A stretch of 64,000 bases of DNA. Origin: Candidatus Poribacteria bacterium (GTDB taxonomy: Bacteria; Poribacteria; WGA-4E; JAJDTR01). The DNA lies in the NCBI GenBank assembly GCA_965222225.1, contig CBDCTK010000002.1, positions 4,992,001 through 5,056,000 on the forward strand, in the 5' to 3' direction. Positions 19,309 through 30,390 of the stretch are shown here, in pieces. The position numbers and the translations under genes were made by a program. The notes under the pieces are model-generated. The model was not told the origin of the DNA, searched no databases, and saw only the letters and a list, made by a program, of their open reading frames with translations. The first letter of the stretch is position 1, and the number at the start of each line of letters is the position of its first letter.

Positions 19309-20499
19309 TCACCGTTCAGCATTCAAGGTTTCCGGCACTACACGAAGAAAAAGCATTACTGCGATATAGCCGATTCCCGCTAAAACAAAACTAGAGGCGC
19401 CCAACCCCCACAGATCAGCGACATTTCCAACAAGGAGATGTCCCGCAGCCCCACCAAAGTCTCCTAGCAATCGCCACACACCGAGGAATTCCCCAGTACC
19501 ATCCTTTGGGGCAAGATCAGCCCCGAGCGTCATCATGATGCCCGATCCGACACCGTTGCCAAATCCGATTAGAATGGCTGTCCCCAGGAGGGTGCCAAAA
19601 CGTTCGGTGAACGGCATCAATACCATGCCTGTAGCAAAGATAAAGAAACATGGGACAGCCGAATATCTCCTACCAAATCGGTCCATAAGAAATCCTGCCA
19701 GCGGAAACAACGACATATCCACAGCCGAAGAAATCATGACGATTAGTCTGACGGTACGCGCCGGCAATTCGACATATTCACTGGCATACAAGGGGATTAC
19801 AACCCACCGTCCTTGGCGAAGTGTTTGAACGCAGATTTGGGCGAGACCGGCTGTTAGTAAAGTTCGGTGATGTGTTTTCAGCAGCCTTGGCAAGCGTCCT
19901 AAATTCAGAGAAAGAGGACTAGCAGAAGGATTTCTAGTTTCCGAGATAAAGAGTATACAAAAAATAGATGTCAACCCGCCGACAGCGAAGTATACAAAAA
20001 ATGGGGTGCGTAGGCTCGCGCCGAGGAAGATTGCAATCAGTTGCCCTCCGAAAGCGCCAATGCGGTTGATGCCTCCAAAGAGAGCAATTGATCGTCCCCT
20101 CTCACTTCTCGGAATAACATCTGTCATGTAGGCATGCCGGGAGAGCGACCATAAAGCCCCGCCTATTCCTCCAATTAGTCGATAAATGATGAGTTGAAAA
20201 ACATTGGTGGCGAGTCCTACACCGAGCATGGACAGAGCATCGAGCATGGCGCCGACAATCATTGAAGGTCTTCGACCAATTCGCTCAACCAAAATACCGG
20301 CGGGTAGGTTGCCGACGACTGCAACGGCAATGACGAACGTAGTCAGCCCATACGAAAGAGAAAAAGACTTCACATAAATTGCAAATGTCGGAGTGACGAC
20401 GCCTTGTCCGAAGGCGAGTAGAAGGGCTGGCAGATAAACGGGTAAGATTAACGAACGGCGGGAGAATTTTTCCTTGTCCAAATTTATGCTCAGTACCAC
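19309..20499 (-). CDS. MFS transporter
   Basis: About 12 hydrophobic segments; GILVERIGRR and GFLMDRFGRR motif A copies. Confidence 0.88.
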   Translation of the reverse strand: MVLSINLDKEKFSRRSLILPVYLPALLLAFGQGVVTPTFAIYVKSFSLSYGLTTFVIAVAVVGNLPAGILVERIGRRPSMIVGAMLDALSMLGVGLATNVFQLIIYRLIGGIGGALWSLSRHAYMTDVIPRSERGRSIALFGGINRIGAFGGQLIAIFLGASLRTPFFVYFAVGGLTSIFCILFISETRNPSASPLSLNLGRLPRLLKTHHRTLLTAGLAQICVQTLRQGRWVVIPLYASEYVELPARTVRLIVMISSAVDMSLFPLAGFLMDRFGRRYSAVPCFFIFATGMVLMPFTERFGTLLGTAILIGFGNGVGSGIMMTLGADLAPKDGTGEFLGVWRLLGDFGGAAGHLLVGNVADLWGLGASSFVLAGIGYIAVMLFLRVVPETLNAER

Positions 20500-20726
20500 G
20501 GTATCTGCGTTCGTGCTAAGATGTATTGCCGAAAATGTAGATAAATCTTCTGATATTCGGAGTTATTGCTAAGTGATGGCGGCTCCTTCGCTCGTAACGA
20601 CCATATCTCATGTAGAGAATTTGTGCTTTGGTCAGATAGAAGTCATAACGCACAACGTCAAGGCTGGCAACCGGGTTCTTGGAATGCCCCGGAGTGTTGA
20701 TGGTAATGGACGATTGCCTCGTCAAA

Positions 20727-21272
20727 CTAGGTTTCCAAGTTGGAGAGGGCATCCTTAAAGCATTGATAAGTGACATCGTCAAAAAGAACGAATCGTACTT
20801 CCTCTATTCCCTGATGTGTGCCCACAAACTCTTTCACCGCGTTTAAGCCAATGGCAGCGGCTTTGGGAGTTGGGTAGCCGTAGATTCCCGTGCTGATTGA
20901 AGGAAAGGCGACTGTGCCTAGACCGTGCCGAAGCGCCAAAGCTAAACTTTCATAATAGCAGCTTGCGAGCAATGCGGGTTCATTTGAATTTCCGCCGCGC
21001 CAAATCGGTCCCACGGTGTGGATGACATACCGTGCAGGGAGATTACCTCCTGTCGTAATCACTGCTTGTCCCGTGGGGCATCCGCCCTGTCGAGAGCGAA
21101 TTTCGTTGCACTCCTCCATAATCTTTGGACCGCCGGCGCGGTGGATTGCCCCATCGACCCCGCCACCTCCCGCAAGCCGCTCATTGGCGGCGTTCGTGAT
21201 GGCATCGACTTTCTCTTTGGTGATGTCTCCTTGGACAAGCTTGATTCGTGTTTGGTTAATCGGTTTTTCCAT
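20727..21272 (-). CDS. Macrodomain O-acetyl-ADP-ribose deacetylase (YmdB-like)
   Basis: GDIT, NAAN..LAGGGGVDGAIH, HTVGP, FPSISTGIYGYP. Confidence 0.92.
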   Translation of the reverse strand: MEKPINQTRIKLVQGDITKEKVDAITNAANERLAGGGGVDGAIHRAGGPKIMEECNEIRSRQGGCPTGQAVITTGGNLPARYVIHTVGPIWRGGNSNEPALLASCYYESLALALRHGLGTVAFPSISTGIYGYPTPKAAAIGLNAVKEFVGTHQGIEEVRFVLFDDVTYQCFKDALSNLET

Positions 21273-21346
21273 TTCCTCCGCCTCCAAGGCATCAACCATG
21301 CGATATCGGTCTGAATCCACGGACGTTAAGATAATGGCATTGCTAA

Positions 21347-22297
21347 CTACGTGATGTTCTTCACCGCGCTTGCCAGAATTTCGAAGATTAACTCTTCATA
21401 AGTGATTCCGTCTGTCTCTGCTTGGGCCGGGAGATCGCTCAATTCTGTTAAACCGGGAAGCGTGTTCAGTTCCATTACGTACGGCGAGCCATCCGTATCA
21501 ACCAACATATCCACTCTTGACGCCCCCCAACAACCGATTGCTCTATGTGTATTGACGGCAATTTCTTGCACGCTCCTTGTTAGACGGTCTGATAGTCTGG
21601 CTGGTAGGATGAATTCTGTCATCCCCTCGGTGTATTTTGCTTCGTAATCGTAGAACTCACGCTTAGGTACCAATTCAAGCACTGGTAGGGCGCGAAGATT
21701 CTCTTTCATCCCCAATAGTCCAACCGTGATTTCTTGGCCTTCAATATATTGTTCGAAAAAGATCCCTCCAAACTCGAATTGGGTCTTGTGGGCGATTCGT
21801 TTCAATTCCGGTACTTCTTTAACAATTGATACACCAATGCTTGAGCCTTCCGAGGTTGGTTTAATCACGAGTGGCAAGCCTAATCTGCCAACCGCTTCGT
21901 CGCATTGCTTGAGCAGATCGGCCTCCGGGTCCACAGCAAGATAGCCTGGCGTAGGGACATTGGTCGTGGACAATACACGCTTCGTCATAATCTTGTTCAT
22001 GGCAAGAGCGCTCGCAAGCACCCCCGAACCGGTATAGGCAATTTCAAAGGCGTCCAAAACTCCTTGAATCGTGCCATCTTCACACCCTTTTCCATGCAGC
22101 GCAAGGAACGCAATCTCGACGGCTTCTGATCGTATTTTGTCAATCCAGTCATCCGAGATTGGATCGATTGCGATTGGATTTGCGCCGAGATTTTGGAGCG
22201 CTGATATTACGCGAGCCCCAGACCGCAATGACACCTCTCTTTCGCTGGACTTTCCACCTAGTAAGACAGCGATTCGCTTGCTCAATAATCCTTCCAT
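21347..22297 (-). CDS. ddl: D-alanine--D-alanine ligase
   Basis: GGKSSEREVSL, LHGKGCEDG, EGSSIG, FYDYEAKY, ELNTLPGLT. Confidence 0.95.
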   Translation of the reverse strand: MEGLLSKRIAVLLGGKSSEREVSLRSGARVISALQNLGANPIAIDPISDDWIDKIRSEAVEIAFLALHGKGCEDGTIQGVLDAFEIAYTGSGVLASALAMNKIMTKRVLSTTNVPTPGYLAVDPEADLLKQCDEAVGRLGLPLVIKPTSEGSSIGVSIVKEVPELKRIAHKTQFEFGGIFFEQYIEGQEITVGLLGMKENLRALPVLELVPKREFYDYEAKYTEGMTEFILPARLSDRLTRSVQEIAVNTHRAIGCWGASRVDMLVDTDGSPYVMELNTLPGLTELSDLPAQAETDGITYEELIFEILASAVKNIT

Positions 22298-22324
22298 TTC
22301 CGTATCTATAATGTTCCTTGGCAC

Positions 22325-22475
22325 TTGATGTTCCCGGGATGCTGTTGGTGAAACTCTGAAGGACATTATTCCTACCCCCAACATGGGTTGTGTTGGCTTC
22401 ACCTGTCGAACCGCTGCTCGATCGGTTCTGATAGAGGTCGGGGCCTTGGAGAGGCATCGGCATCACGAGATCACG
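22325..22475 (+). ncRNA. Structured RNA, 6S RNA-like candidate
   Basis: Closing stem CCCGGGATGCTG / CGGCATCACGAG; internal TTCACCTGTCGAACC...GGTTC resembles E. coli 6S TTCACCTTGAACC...GGTTC; TATAAT at 22307-22312. Confidence 0.45.
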
Positions 22476-22606
22476 GCAATTATGCCATCTCGCCAAAAAC
22501 CAATATTTCGGTTCAACGCGCGGCTGCCAATTCGACTTGGATTCGACTGAGGTGTTCACACAAGCACGGTTATGCTTTTAACGCTTCACAACTGTGACCC
22601 TACTGC

Positions 22607-23485
22607 TCAACGCTGTACAAACCCGATTTCCTGCAAATCTTTATGTACAACCTGCTCTATTGGCGTCTGATTGGTAATACGCAAATAATTCGCCCCACGA
22701 TTCACACAAAATTGTCGCAAGTGGTTACAGAAGGTATCAAGTCGCCGTTTGTATTCGGTGTGTGTACCTTCATCAATCGTAATTTCTTTAGCGTTCCCAG
22801 TCTCTGAGTCTTCCAACCGCCATTCGCCCAAGAGTTGCGGATTTATTTCAGCATCTGCCAGAATTTGAATTAATGTCAAATCGAACTTGCGAGCCAGTAG
22901 CTGTTTAAGACCTGATGCGTAGTCGTTCATGTCAAGAAAATCGGAAATAATTACCACTACCCCAGCTTGCCGTGAATTCGTGATTAGATATCTCAGGCAT
23001 GTCGCCAAATCCGTTTTTCCCCCAACGTGGACGGCTTCAAGCGCTTTTGACATCTTAAGGAATTGGGATTTTCCATACGTTGGGGGAACTATCGGATGTG
23101 CGCGATTCGAGAAGACATGAATAGCAACTCGATCCAATCCAGTTAAACCGATGTAACCTAGGGCAGCAGCAACCTGCTTTGCCTGCGAGAACTTGGTTGG
23201 CTCGCCAAAGTCCATTGACTTGCTATTGTCCAACAAGATACTTACCGGCAGGTCCTCCTCTGCACGGAACAGTTTGATGAAAAGCCGATCCAATCGAGCG
23301 TATACGTTCCAGTCAACATTGCGCAAATCATTTCCTTGCTCGTAGACGCGGTAATCAGCGAATTCTACACCACTTCCTTTGTTGGCGCTACGTCGTTCCC
23401 CTTTGAATTTGCCTCGAAATACCCCGCGAGAATGAATATGTAACCGATCAATTCGCCTGCGAAATTCAACGCTCAAAAGTGTCAT
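22607..23485 (-). CDS. DUF58 domain protein (vWA-like, MoxR-associated)
   Basis: GSGVEFADYRVYEQGNDLRNVDW, LDNSKSM, IISDF. Confidence 0.88.
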   Translation of the reverse strand: MTLLSVEFRRRIDRLHIHSRGVFRGKFKGERRSANKGSGVEFADYRVYEQGNDLRNVDWNVYARLDRLFIKLFRAEEDLPVSILLDNSKSMDFGEPTKFSQAKQVAAALGYIGLTGLDRVAIHVFSNRAHPIVPPTYGKSQFLKMSKALEAVHVGGKTDLATCLRYLITNSRQAGVVVIISDFLDMNDYASGLKQLLARKFDLTLIQILADAEINPQLLGEWRLEDSETGNAKEITIDEGTHTEYKRRLDTFCNHLRQFCVNRGANYLRITNQTPIEQVVHKDLQEIGFVQR

Positions 23486-23725
23486 AGCTCAGTAATCCGG
23501 TTGGTGTCAAACTTAACTCGTGTCATCTATTTTAACAGACTATCGCCGAGTGTGCAATATCAACCTGACATCGAATTTACGTCGCAATTTCCCCCTCCTA
23601 GTACAACCTTCCGGTACGAATGATTTCAGTTTGAAATCTATCCATTGTACAATAATTAACACCTGATTTAAGAATGTTGGCATTAGCATTTGACCATCGG
23701 ATAGCGAACCTGTTGGAATTTTCGC

Positions 23726-23754
23726 TTGCAACCCCGCCTCAAATATGGTATATT
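23726..23754 (+). promoter_or_regulatory. Sigma70-type promoter of the tRNA cluster
   Basis: TTGCAA-17 bp-TATATT with extended -10 TG. Confidence 0.65.
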
Positions 23755-23783
23755 TGGCGTGCTTTTTCTTGGGGCTGTATCGA

Positions 23784-23858
23784 CGGGGCGTAGCGCAGTC
23801 CGGTTAGCGCATCTGCTTTGGGAGCAGAGGGTCGGAGGTTCGAATCCTCTCGCCCCGA
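23784..23858 (+). tRNA. tRNA-Pro(TGG)
   Basis: CGGGGCG/CGCCCCG acceptor; TCTGC-TTTGGGA-GCAGA anticodon arm. Confidence 0.97.
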
Positions 23859-23878
23859 TTCTTAAATTGATTGCTGAC

Positions 23879-23952
23879 GCGCCCGTAGCTCAGTTGGATA
23901 GAGCAACTGACTTCTAATCAGTAGGCCGCGGGTTCAAATCCTGCCGGGCGTA
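23879..23952 (+). tRNA. tRNA-Arg(TCT)
   Basis: ACTGA-CTTCTAA-TCAGT anticodon arm; TAGCTCAGTTGGATAGAGC D arm. Confidence 0.96.
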
Positions 23953-23966
23953 TATCCTTCCCCAAT

Positions 23967-24043
23967 GGTGGGTGTAGCTCAGGCGGTAGAGCGCTTGACT
24001 GTGGATCAAGTGGTCGTGGGTTCAAATCCCATCACCCACCCCA
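23967..24043 (+). tRNA. tRNA-His(GTG)
   Basis: G-1, CTTGA-CTGTGGA-TCAAG anticodon arm, encoded CCA. Confidence 0.97.
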
Positions 24044-24177
24044 TTTCTTATGAGAATATCGAATATGGCGCTAAGGAACCGGATGGCTACCGTTATTGGG
24101 GCGCAAGCTTAACGTGACGACTCCAAAAATGAATCCGGGCAATTCGTTACTCTTTCGTGAACAGTATTCCGTCGTAT

Positions 24178-24251
24178 GCGTCCGTGGTTCAATTGGATAG
24201 AGCAATAGACTTCGGATCTATAAGTTGGGGGTTCGAGTCCCTCCGGACGCA
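24178..24251 (+). tRNA. tRNA-Arg(TCG)
   Basis: GCGTCCG/CGGACGC acceptor; ATAGA-CTTCGGA-TCTAT anticodon arm. Confidence 0.94.
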
Positions 24252-24261
24252 TGTTTCTGAT

Positions 24262-24334
24262 GCGTCGTTAGCTCAATTGGCAGAGCATCTGACTCTTAAT
24301 CAGGTGGTTGAAGGTTCGATTCCTTCACGGCGCA
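24262..24334 (+). tRNA. tRNA-Lys(CTT)
   Basis: CTGA-CTCTTAA-TCAG anticodon arm; GGTTCGATTCC T arm. Confidence 0.95.
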
Positions 24335-24348
24335 CTAAATTCCTTTGT

Positions 24349-24433
24349 GGGCGGGTGTTGGAATTGGTAGACAAGATAGATTTAGGATCTATTGGGGTTA
24401 TTCCTCGTGAGGGTTCGAGTCCCTTCTCGCCCA
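24349..24433 (+). tRNA. tRNA-Leu(TAG)
   Basis: ATAGA-TTTAGGA-TCTAT anticodon arm; long variable arm. Confidence 0.95.
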
Positions 24434-24467
24434 TCATTCCGGATTCGCACGTAAACAGGAGGTCTAC

Positions 24468-25772
24468 TTGAACGTTGAACTTGAACGCCTAGAAAATGGT
24501 CGCGTTCGCTTAAAGATTGAAATCCCTGTTGAGGCCGTTAACGAAGAGCTCGAACGCAACTATCGGGCATTAAGAACGCAGGTTTCCGTGCCTGGTTTTC
24601 GAAGGGGTAAAGTTCCAATCGGTATGATCAGAGCACGATTTGGAGATCATATCAACTCGGAAGCCATCCATAATCTTGTCCTACCCGCTTACGAGGAGGC
24701 ATTGACATCTGAACTACTCCTCCCACTGAGTAATCCTGACTTTTCCCCTCCACTGAATCAGATTAGGGTCAAAGCGGGCAATCCTCTTGTCTTTGAAGCA
24801 AGTGTCGATGTCAAACCTAGTTTCAATCTCCCGAAATACAAGGATTTAGTTGTCGACAAAACTCCCGCCAATATTCCGCGCGAGCAGGTTGACAAGTACG
24901 TTCGAGTGTTGCAAGATCAACATGCAACTTATAATCCGGTTGAAGAAGAACGACCGGTTGGAGAAGGAGATTGTGTGCGAGTTGATGTAGAATGCTTCGT
25001 AGATAGTCAGTTTATAGAAGATTGGTCAAAACAGGATGCGGACATAGAGCTAGGTAAAGGCGACCTAAATGCAAAGGTCGAGGCGGAAATCGTGGGGATG
25101 CATCCCGGTGATACCAAAGAGATTGAAATAATCTTTGATGCAAGTGATTCACCTCCAGCTATCGCGGATAGACATGCGTTATTTAATGTGGTTCTACATG
25201 CAATTACTGAGAAGCAGGTTCCCGATCTTGACGACGAATTCTCTAAGGATTTGGGATATGAAAATTATGGGCAACTTTTCGGTGTCATCTGGAACAACTT
25301 AGTCGAAGAGGAGAAAGCCGTCAGCTACATACGTCAGAGGGAGGAAGTTTCACAACAGTTGATTGAAAAAACCGACATCAAGCTGTCGGAATCGCTCGTC
25401 GATCAATATGTAGAACAGAACATTCAAAATTTTCAACAAAAACTGAAACAGGACAATCAAACACCGGAAGAAGCGGGCGTTGACATGGAAACGTTGCCTT
25501 CACAACTTCGCGAAGATGTGATAAGACAAACAAAACTGTCGTGGATATTCGACGAAATCGCCAAAAATGAGGGCATTCGGGTTACGGATGATGAGTTGGA
25601 TTTGGAAATCCGTCGGGTTGCTGAACAACAGAATAGGGACGTACAGAAGTACACAAGTGCGCTTAAAGCAAGCAACCGGTTAGAAGAGTTTAGAGGACAG
25701 ATACGATCCGAGAAGATTTATCGGTTCTTGATTGATAAGTTCTCTGAAAAGGAATCTTTGATAATTACTTAA
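24468..25772 (+). CDS. tig: Trigger factor
   Basis: PGFRRGKVP ribosome-binding signature; AGGAGG RBS, TTG start; synteny with clpP-clpX-lon. Confidence 0.93.
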   Translation: MNVELERLENGRVRLKIEIPVEAVNEELERNYRALRTQVSVPGFRRGKVPIGMIRARFGDHINSEAIHNLVLPAYEEALTSELLLPLSNPDFSPPLNQIRVKAGNPLVFEASVDVKPSFNLPKYKDLVVDKTPANIPREQVDKYVRVLQDQHATYNPVEEERPVGEGDCVRVDVECFVDSQFIEDWSKQDADIELGKGDLNAKVEAEIVGMHPGDTKEIEIIFDASDSPPAIADRHALFNVVLHAITEKQVPDLDDEFSKDLGYENYGQLFGVIWNNLVEEEKAVSYIRQREEVSQQLIEKTDIKLSESLVDQYVEQNIQNFQQKLKQDNQTPEEAGVDMETLPSQLREDVIRQTKLSWIFDEIAKNEGIRVTDDELDLEIRRVAEQQNRDVQKYTSALKASNRLEEFRGQIRSEKIYRFLIDKFSEKESLIIT

Positions 25773-25782
25773 GGCTGTTGCC

Positions 25783-26400
25783 ATGAATCTTGTTCCTATT
25801 GTTGTTGAACAAACGAGCCGTGGAGAGCGATCCTACGACATCTACTCACGGTTGCTTGAAGACCGCATTGTTATGATAGGCTCAGCAATTGATGATGCTG
25901 TTGCTAGCAATGTAATGGCTCAGATTCTGTTCTTGGAGGGGAAAGACCCTGACGCGGACATCGTGATCTACATAAATTCGTTAGGCGGGTCGGTTCCAGC
26001 TGGACTAGCGATTTATGACACTATGCAATATATCAAACCAGATGTGCAAACGTGGTGTCTTGGGCAGGCCTACAGCATGGGGGCAATCTTGCTTGCCGGA
26101 GGTACGGCTGGAAAACGATACGCTCTACCTCACTCGACGGCTCTAATTCACCAGCCGATTACCACAGGGATTAGTGGTCAGGCTTCCGACATTAGTATCC
26201 ACGCTACAGAGATTCTGCGGATACGGGAGGAATTATATTCAATTTTAGCAACCCATACCGGTCAACCGATGGAAAAGATTCAAGCTGACGCGGACCGTGA
26301 TTACTACATGACTTCCCATGAAGCACTTCAGTACGGTGTCGTTGATCATGTTGTATCGGAGCGTGGCGCGGTAACAGAGGAAAAGACCAAAGCTACTTAA
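25783..26400 (+). CDS. clpP: ATP-dependent Clp protease proteolytic subunit
   Basis: [18 protein letters not shown] (catalytic Ser), IHQP, DRD. Confidence 0.96.
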   Translation: MNLVPIVVEQTSRGERSYDIYSRLLEDRIVMIGSAIDDAVASNVMAQILFLEGKDPDADIVIYINSLGGSVPAGLAIYDTMQYIKPDVQTWCLGQAYSMGAILLAGGTAGKRYALPHSTALIHQPITTGISGQASDISIHATEILRIREELYSILATHTGQPMEKIQADADRDYYMTSHEALQYGVVDHVVSERGAVTEEKTKAT

Positions 26401-26601
26401 GCTTGGCTGTCTCAATAGTCGTATAGAACGGAAATTTTACTCTAACTTAATTTTCAGTTTAACGCCTACATGACGGGAATGACTCTAGCGCTCTCACGAT
26501 TGTTGCGAGCAGCAATTCCCGTTTTGCAACATATACATCCTTGACAGTCGAGTTTAGTTGTTTCACCTAAAGAATACTTAGTACCCATTTAGAGATTGTT
26601 T

Positions 26602-27882
26602 ATGTCAAGTGGCATTGATGATAAAATTCGATGTTCCTTCTGCAATACGAGCAAGGAAGAGGTGCGGAGAAAACTCTTCTCGGCGCCCGGATCCTCTGGC
26701 GTTAGCATCTGCGATGAATGTGTAGACGTCTGTAATGAAATCCTTGCGGAAGAATATGAAGAGTACAATCAGGAAAAGAAGGAATCTCTTTCCAATTTCT
26801 CCGATCAATTGCCACTCGCTAGTCCTGTCGAAATCAAAGCCAAACTCGACGAGTACGTAATCGGACAGGATCAGGCAAAGAAGAATCTCTCAGTTGCAGT
26901 CTATAATCATTACAAGCGGTTAAAACACCAAAAGAACTCAGATATTGAATTAGACAAGAGCAACATTTTACTGATTGGCCCAACAGGCACAGGGAAAACA
27001 CTCCTCGCGCAAACGTTGGCGAAAATTCTTAATGTCCCATTTGCAATCACTGATGCGACGACACTAACTGAAGCCGGGTACGTAGGGGAAGATGTCGAGA
27101 ATATCATACTAAAATTAGTGCAAGCGGCGGATGGCGATGTCAAGCGTGCGGAAACCGGAATAATCTATATAGATGAAATTGACAAGGTCAGCCGCAAATC
27201 CGAGAACCCATCCATTACAAGGGATGTCTCCGGCGAAGGGGTACAGCAAGCACTGCTGAAAATTCTTGAGGGTAAAATGGCAAGTGTTCCACCACAGGGT
27301 GGCCGCAAACATCCCCATCAGGAATTCATCGAAGTTGATACAACCAAGATATTATTTATTTGTGGCGGAACGTTCATTGGTCTAGAAAAGATTATCCAGG
27401 AGCGGCTTGGGAAGCAGACCGTGGGATTTGGGTCCCCAATCCAAGCCAAGCACGAAAAGAAACTCCACGAGATTCTTGAACAGGTTATTTCCAAGGATTT
27501 GATTAAATACGGATTTATTCCGGAGTTTGTCGGTCGTTTGCCGGTCGTTGCGACGTTACACGAGCTTGACGAAGATGCGCTGATTCGTATTTTAACAGAA
27601 CCCAAGAATGCGCTTGTCAAGCAGTACACTCAGCTATTAGCCTATGAAGATGTTAAATTCCATGCGACGGATGAGGCGTTGAGCGCAATCGCCGGAAAGG
27701 TAATTGAGCGAGAGGCTGGAGCCAGAGGATTAAGAGCAATCTTGGAGAAAATCATGTTGGATCCGATGTATGAGATTCCATCATTAGAAGGTGTGCGAGA
27801 GTGTATAATTACCGCGGATTGCGTGTTGAACAGTAAACCGCCTGATTTGGTTCATGAAGATCGAGAAGCTATTAGCGCCTAA
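26602..27882 (+). CDS. clpX: ATP-dependent Clp protease ATP-binding subunit
   Basis: CSFC...CDEC zinc finger, [33 protein letters not shown]. Confidence 0.97.
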   Translation: MSSGIDDKIRCSFCNTSKEEVRRKLFSAPGSSGVSICDECVDVCNEILAEEYEEYNQEKKESLSNFSDQLPLASPVEIKAKLDEYVIGQDQAKKNLSVAVYNHYKRLKHQKNSDIELDKSNILLIGPTGTGKTLLAQTLAKILNVPFAITDATTLTEAGYVGEDVENIILKLVQAADGDVKRAETGIIYIDEIDKVSRKSENPSITRDVSGEGVQQALLKILEGKMASVPPQGGRKHPHQEFIEVDTTKILFICGGTFIGLEKIIQERLGKQTVGFGSPIQAKHEKKLHEILEQVISKDLIKYGFIPEFVGRLPVVATLHELDEDALIRILTEPKNALVKQYTQLLAYEDVKFHATDEALSAIAGKVIEREAGARGLRAILEKIMLDPMYEIPSLEGVRECIITADCVLNSKPPDLVHEDREAISA

Positions 27883-27909
27883 TTCAAACTAGTCCAAAAG
27901 GAGACTACC

Positions 27910-30390
27910 ATGGATCCTGATTCAGTTAACACCCGTCAGGACGATCAAAGCACCGTATTGCCCGTGATCGCGTTGCCCGGTAAAGTCATCTTCCCCCGAG
28001 TACGGCAGCCATTGATTGTGGCTCGCAGTATGGGAGTATTGGCGACGAAATATGCCATAAACACGAACCATATTGTACTGTTGGTGAATCAAAAAGAAAA
28101 AGACGTAGAAAACGCTGGGCCGGAAGACCTTCATCGCGTTGGGACTGTAGCAAATATCATTGAATCGTTCGACCCAAACGACGGAACCATTCGTATAGCC
28201 ATTGAAGCGAAGGCTCGCGCAATACTCCTGCGCTGCTTCGAAGAGGATGGCTTTTTGCAAGCGGAAGTAAAAAGAATCGACGAAGAGTCGGATCAATCAA
28301 AGCAAGCAGCGTCGCTTATGAAAAAGGCGCTTGCGAACTTCGAGAAATACATGAAAGCCCATAAACAGATGTCTCCTGATGCAGCAATTGTTGCACAAAA
28401 AGAGAAGGAGCCCGGGCTGCTTGCAGATACAATGATAGACTTCACAAATATCGACTCTGAAAAGAGGCAGGCTGTTTTGGATGAAATTAATCCAATCAAA
28501 CGCCTACAATTGGTCATTGACGATCTGTCTCAAGAGTTGGATCTCGTAGCAATCAAGGAAAAAATCAATACACAAGTCCGTGAATCTGTTCAGAAAACGC
28601 ATCGTGAGTTTTATCTCCAGGAGCAGATGAAGGTAATCCAAAATGAGCTTGGCAGGGGCGATGATGTTGCCGAGATAGATGAACTCCGTGAACAAATTAA
28701 GGCTGCAGGAATGACGGAGGAAGCTGAAGAGAAGGCTCTAAAGGAAGTCGATCGCCTACAGCAGATGCCGCCGATGTCTGCCGAGTCAGGTGTTATTCGC
28801 ACCTATATTGATTGGCTCCTCGCGGTGCCGTGGCAAGATCGGACCGAGAATAAGATTGACATTAATGAGGCGGAGAAAATTCTTGACGACGATCACTATG
28901 GACTGGAAAAGCCGAAGGAGCGAATTCTTGAGTATTTGGCAGTATTGAAATTGGTCGAAAAGCTGAAGGGTCCAATTCTTTGTCTAGCCGGTCCGCCGGG
29001 TGTTGGAAAAACTTCGTTGGGCAAGTCTGTCGCGCGGGCTACAGGGCGGAATTTTGTAAGAATGTCGCTCGGCGGCGTCCGGGACGAAGCTGAGATCCGA
29101 GGACATCGCCGGACATATATCGGGGCGTTACCTGGGCGGATTATTCAGGGGCTCCGGGACGCCAAGTCGAAGAATCCACTTTTTCTCTTAGACGAAATTG
29201 ACAAGATGAGCTCCGATTTTCGCGGCGATCCCGCCTCCGCGTTACTTGAAGTTCTTGATCCCGAGCAGAATGATACTTTCCGAGATCACTATTTGGACGT
29301 GCAATACGATTTATCAGAGGTAATGTTTATTACAACTGCAAACACGCGCGTTACAATCCCGCCCGCGTTGCAGGACAGAATGGAAATTATTGAGTTGCCC
29401 GGGTATACGGAATATGAGAAGCACAAGATTGCCAATCTGTTCCTGATTTCCAAACAGCTCAAGGAGCATGGGCTTGCAGATCGATCGATAGAAATTTCGG
29501 ACGAGGCAATCTCCGAAATTATCCAGCGGTATACTCGCGAAGCCGGCGTCCGAAATCTCGAACGTGAGATTACGAGTATCTGTCGAAAAGTTGCCAAGCG
29601 GATTGTAAAGAATCTGGCGACAGATGGTGAAGGAGATGGCGAGGATAAGCAGATCCATGTCAATACCGAGAACCTTAGCGAATACCTTGGTCCCCCCAAG
29701 TTTACCCGGACCAAAGCTGAAGAACAGGATGAAGTTGGTGTTGCCACCGGCATGGTCTGGACACAAGCAGGCGGGGATATTGTGGCGGTTGAAGCTACGA
29801 CTATGCCGGGAGAGGGGAAGTTGTCAATGACGGGCCTACTGCAAGAGATTATGCGCGAGTCCGTGCAGACGGCTGTCGCCTATATACGCTCTCGTGCAGA
29901 GCTGTTTAAAATCCCTCCGGATTTCTTCGAGAAACATGACGTACACATACACGTTCCTGAAGGTGCAGTGCCGAAAGATGGCCCCTCCGCGGGCATCACC
30001 CTTGCCACAGCCATCGTGTCGGTGCTAACAGGTCAGAAGGTCCGCAAGGACGTTGCCATGACAGGCGAAATTACCCTGCGCGGTCATGTGCTTGCCATCG
30101 GCGGCTTAAAGGAGAAGGTCTTGGCGGCGTACCGAAACGGCATAAAGACCATCATCATTCCTGAAGACAATGACAAAGATCTTCCCGAGATTCCCGACGA
30201 AATTCGCGACAATATCTGTTTCCATAAGGTCGCCGACATCACCGAAGTTTTAGCTTTGGCTTTGAAGGATGTTCAGACAATTGAAGGGGATCTGACCGAG
30301 GACGACGAGGTCGCCGAAGCGCTTGAAGATCTCGCTTTAAGGACGCCCAATGCGATTGGACAAGTTCCTACAGGTGAGTCGAATCGTTAA
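27910..30390 (+). CDS. lon: Lon protease
   Basis: GPPGVGKTS, RGHRRTYIGALPG, PKDGPSAG, IGGLKEK. Confidence 0.97.
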   Translation: MDPDSVNTRQDDQSTVLPVIALPGKVIFPRVRQPLIVARSMGVLATKYAINTNHIVLLVNQKEKDVENAGPEDLHRVGTVANIIESFDPNDGTIRIAIEAKARAILLRCFEEDGFLQAEVKRIDEESDQSKQAASLMKKALANFEKYMKAHKQMSPDAAIVAQKEKEPGLLADTMIDFTNIDSEKRQAVLDEINPIKRLQLVIDDLSQELDLVAIKEKINTQVRESVQKTHREFYLQEQMKVIQNELGRGDDVAEIDELREQIKAAGMTEEAEEKALKEVDRLQQMPPMSAESGVIRTYIDWLLAVPWQDRTENKIDINEAEKILDDDHYGLEKPKERILEYLAVLKLVEKLKGPILCLAGPPGVGKTSLGKSVARATGRNFVRMSLGGVRDEAEIRGHRRTYIGALPGRIIQGLRDAKSKNPLFLLDEIDKMSSDFRGDPASALLEVLDPEQNDTFRDHYLDVQYDLSEVMFITTANTRVTIPPALQDRMEIIELPGYTEYEKHKIANLFLISKQLKEHGLADRSIEISDEAISEIIQRYTREAGVRNLEREITSICRKVAKRIVKNLATDGEGDGEDKQIHVNTENLSEYLGPPKFTRTKAEEQDEVGVATGMVWTQAGGDIVAVEATTMPGEGKLSMTGLLQEIMRESVQTAVAYIRSRAELFKIPPDFFEKHDVHIHVPEGAVPKDGPSAGITLATAIVSVLTGQKVRKDVAMTGEITLRGHVLAIGGLKEKVLAAYRNGIKTIIIPEDNDKDLPEIPDEIRDNICFHKVADITEVLALALKDVQTIEGDLTEDDEVAEALEDLALRTPNAIGQVPTGESNR

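Noticed and set aside
22149-22597. ORFs upstream of ddl and the long ddl N-terminal extension
   Set aside because: They run through the structured RNA candidate; ddl homology starts at KRIAVLLGG
30350-30390. lon / S4-protein overlap as a frameshift
   Set aside because: Both proteins are complete; lon simply has a short acidic tail overlapping the next start
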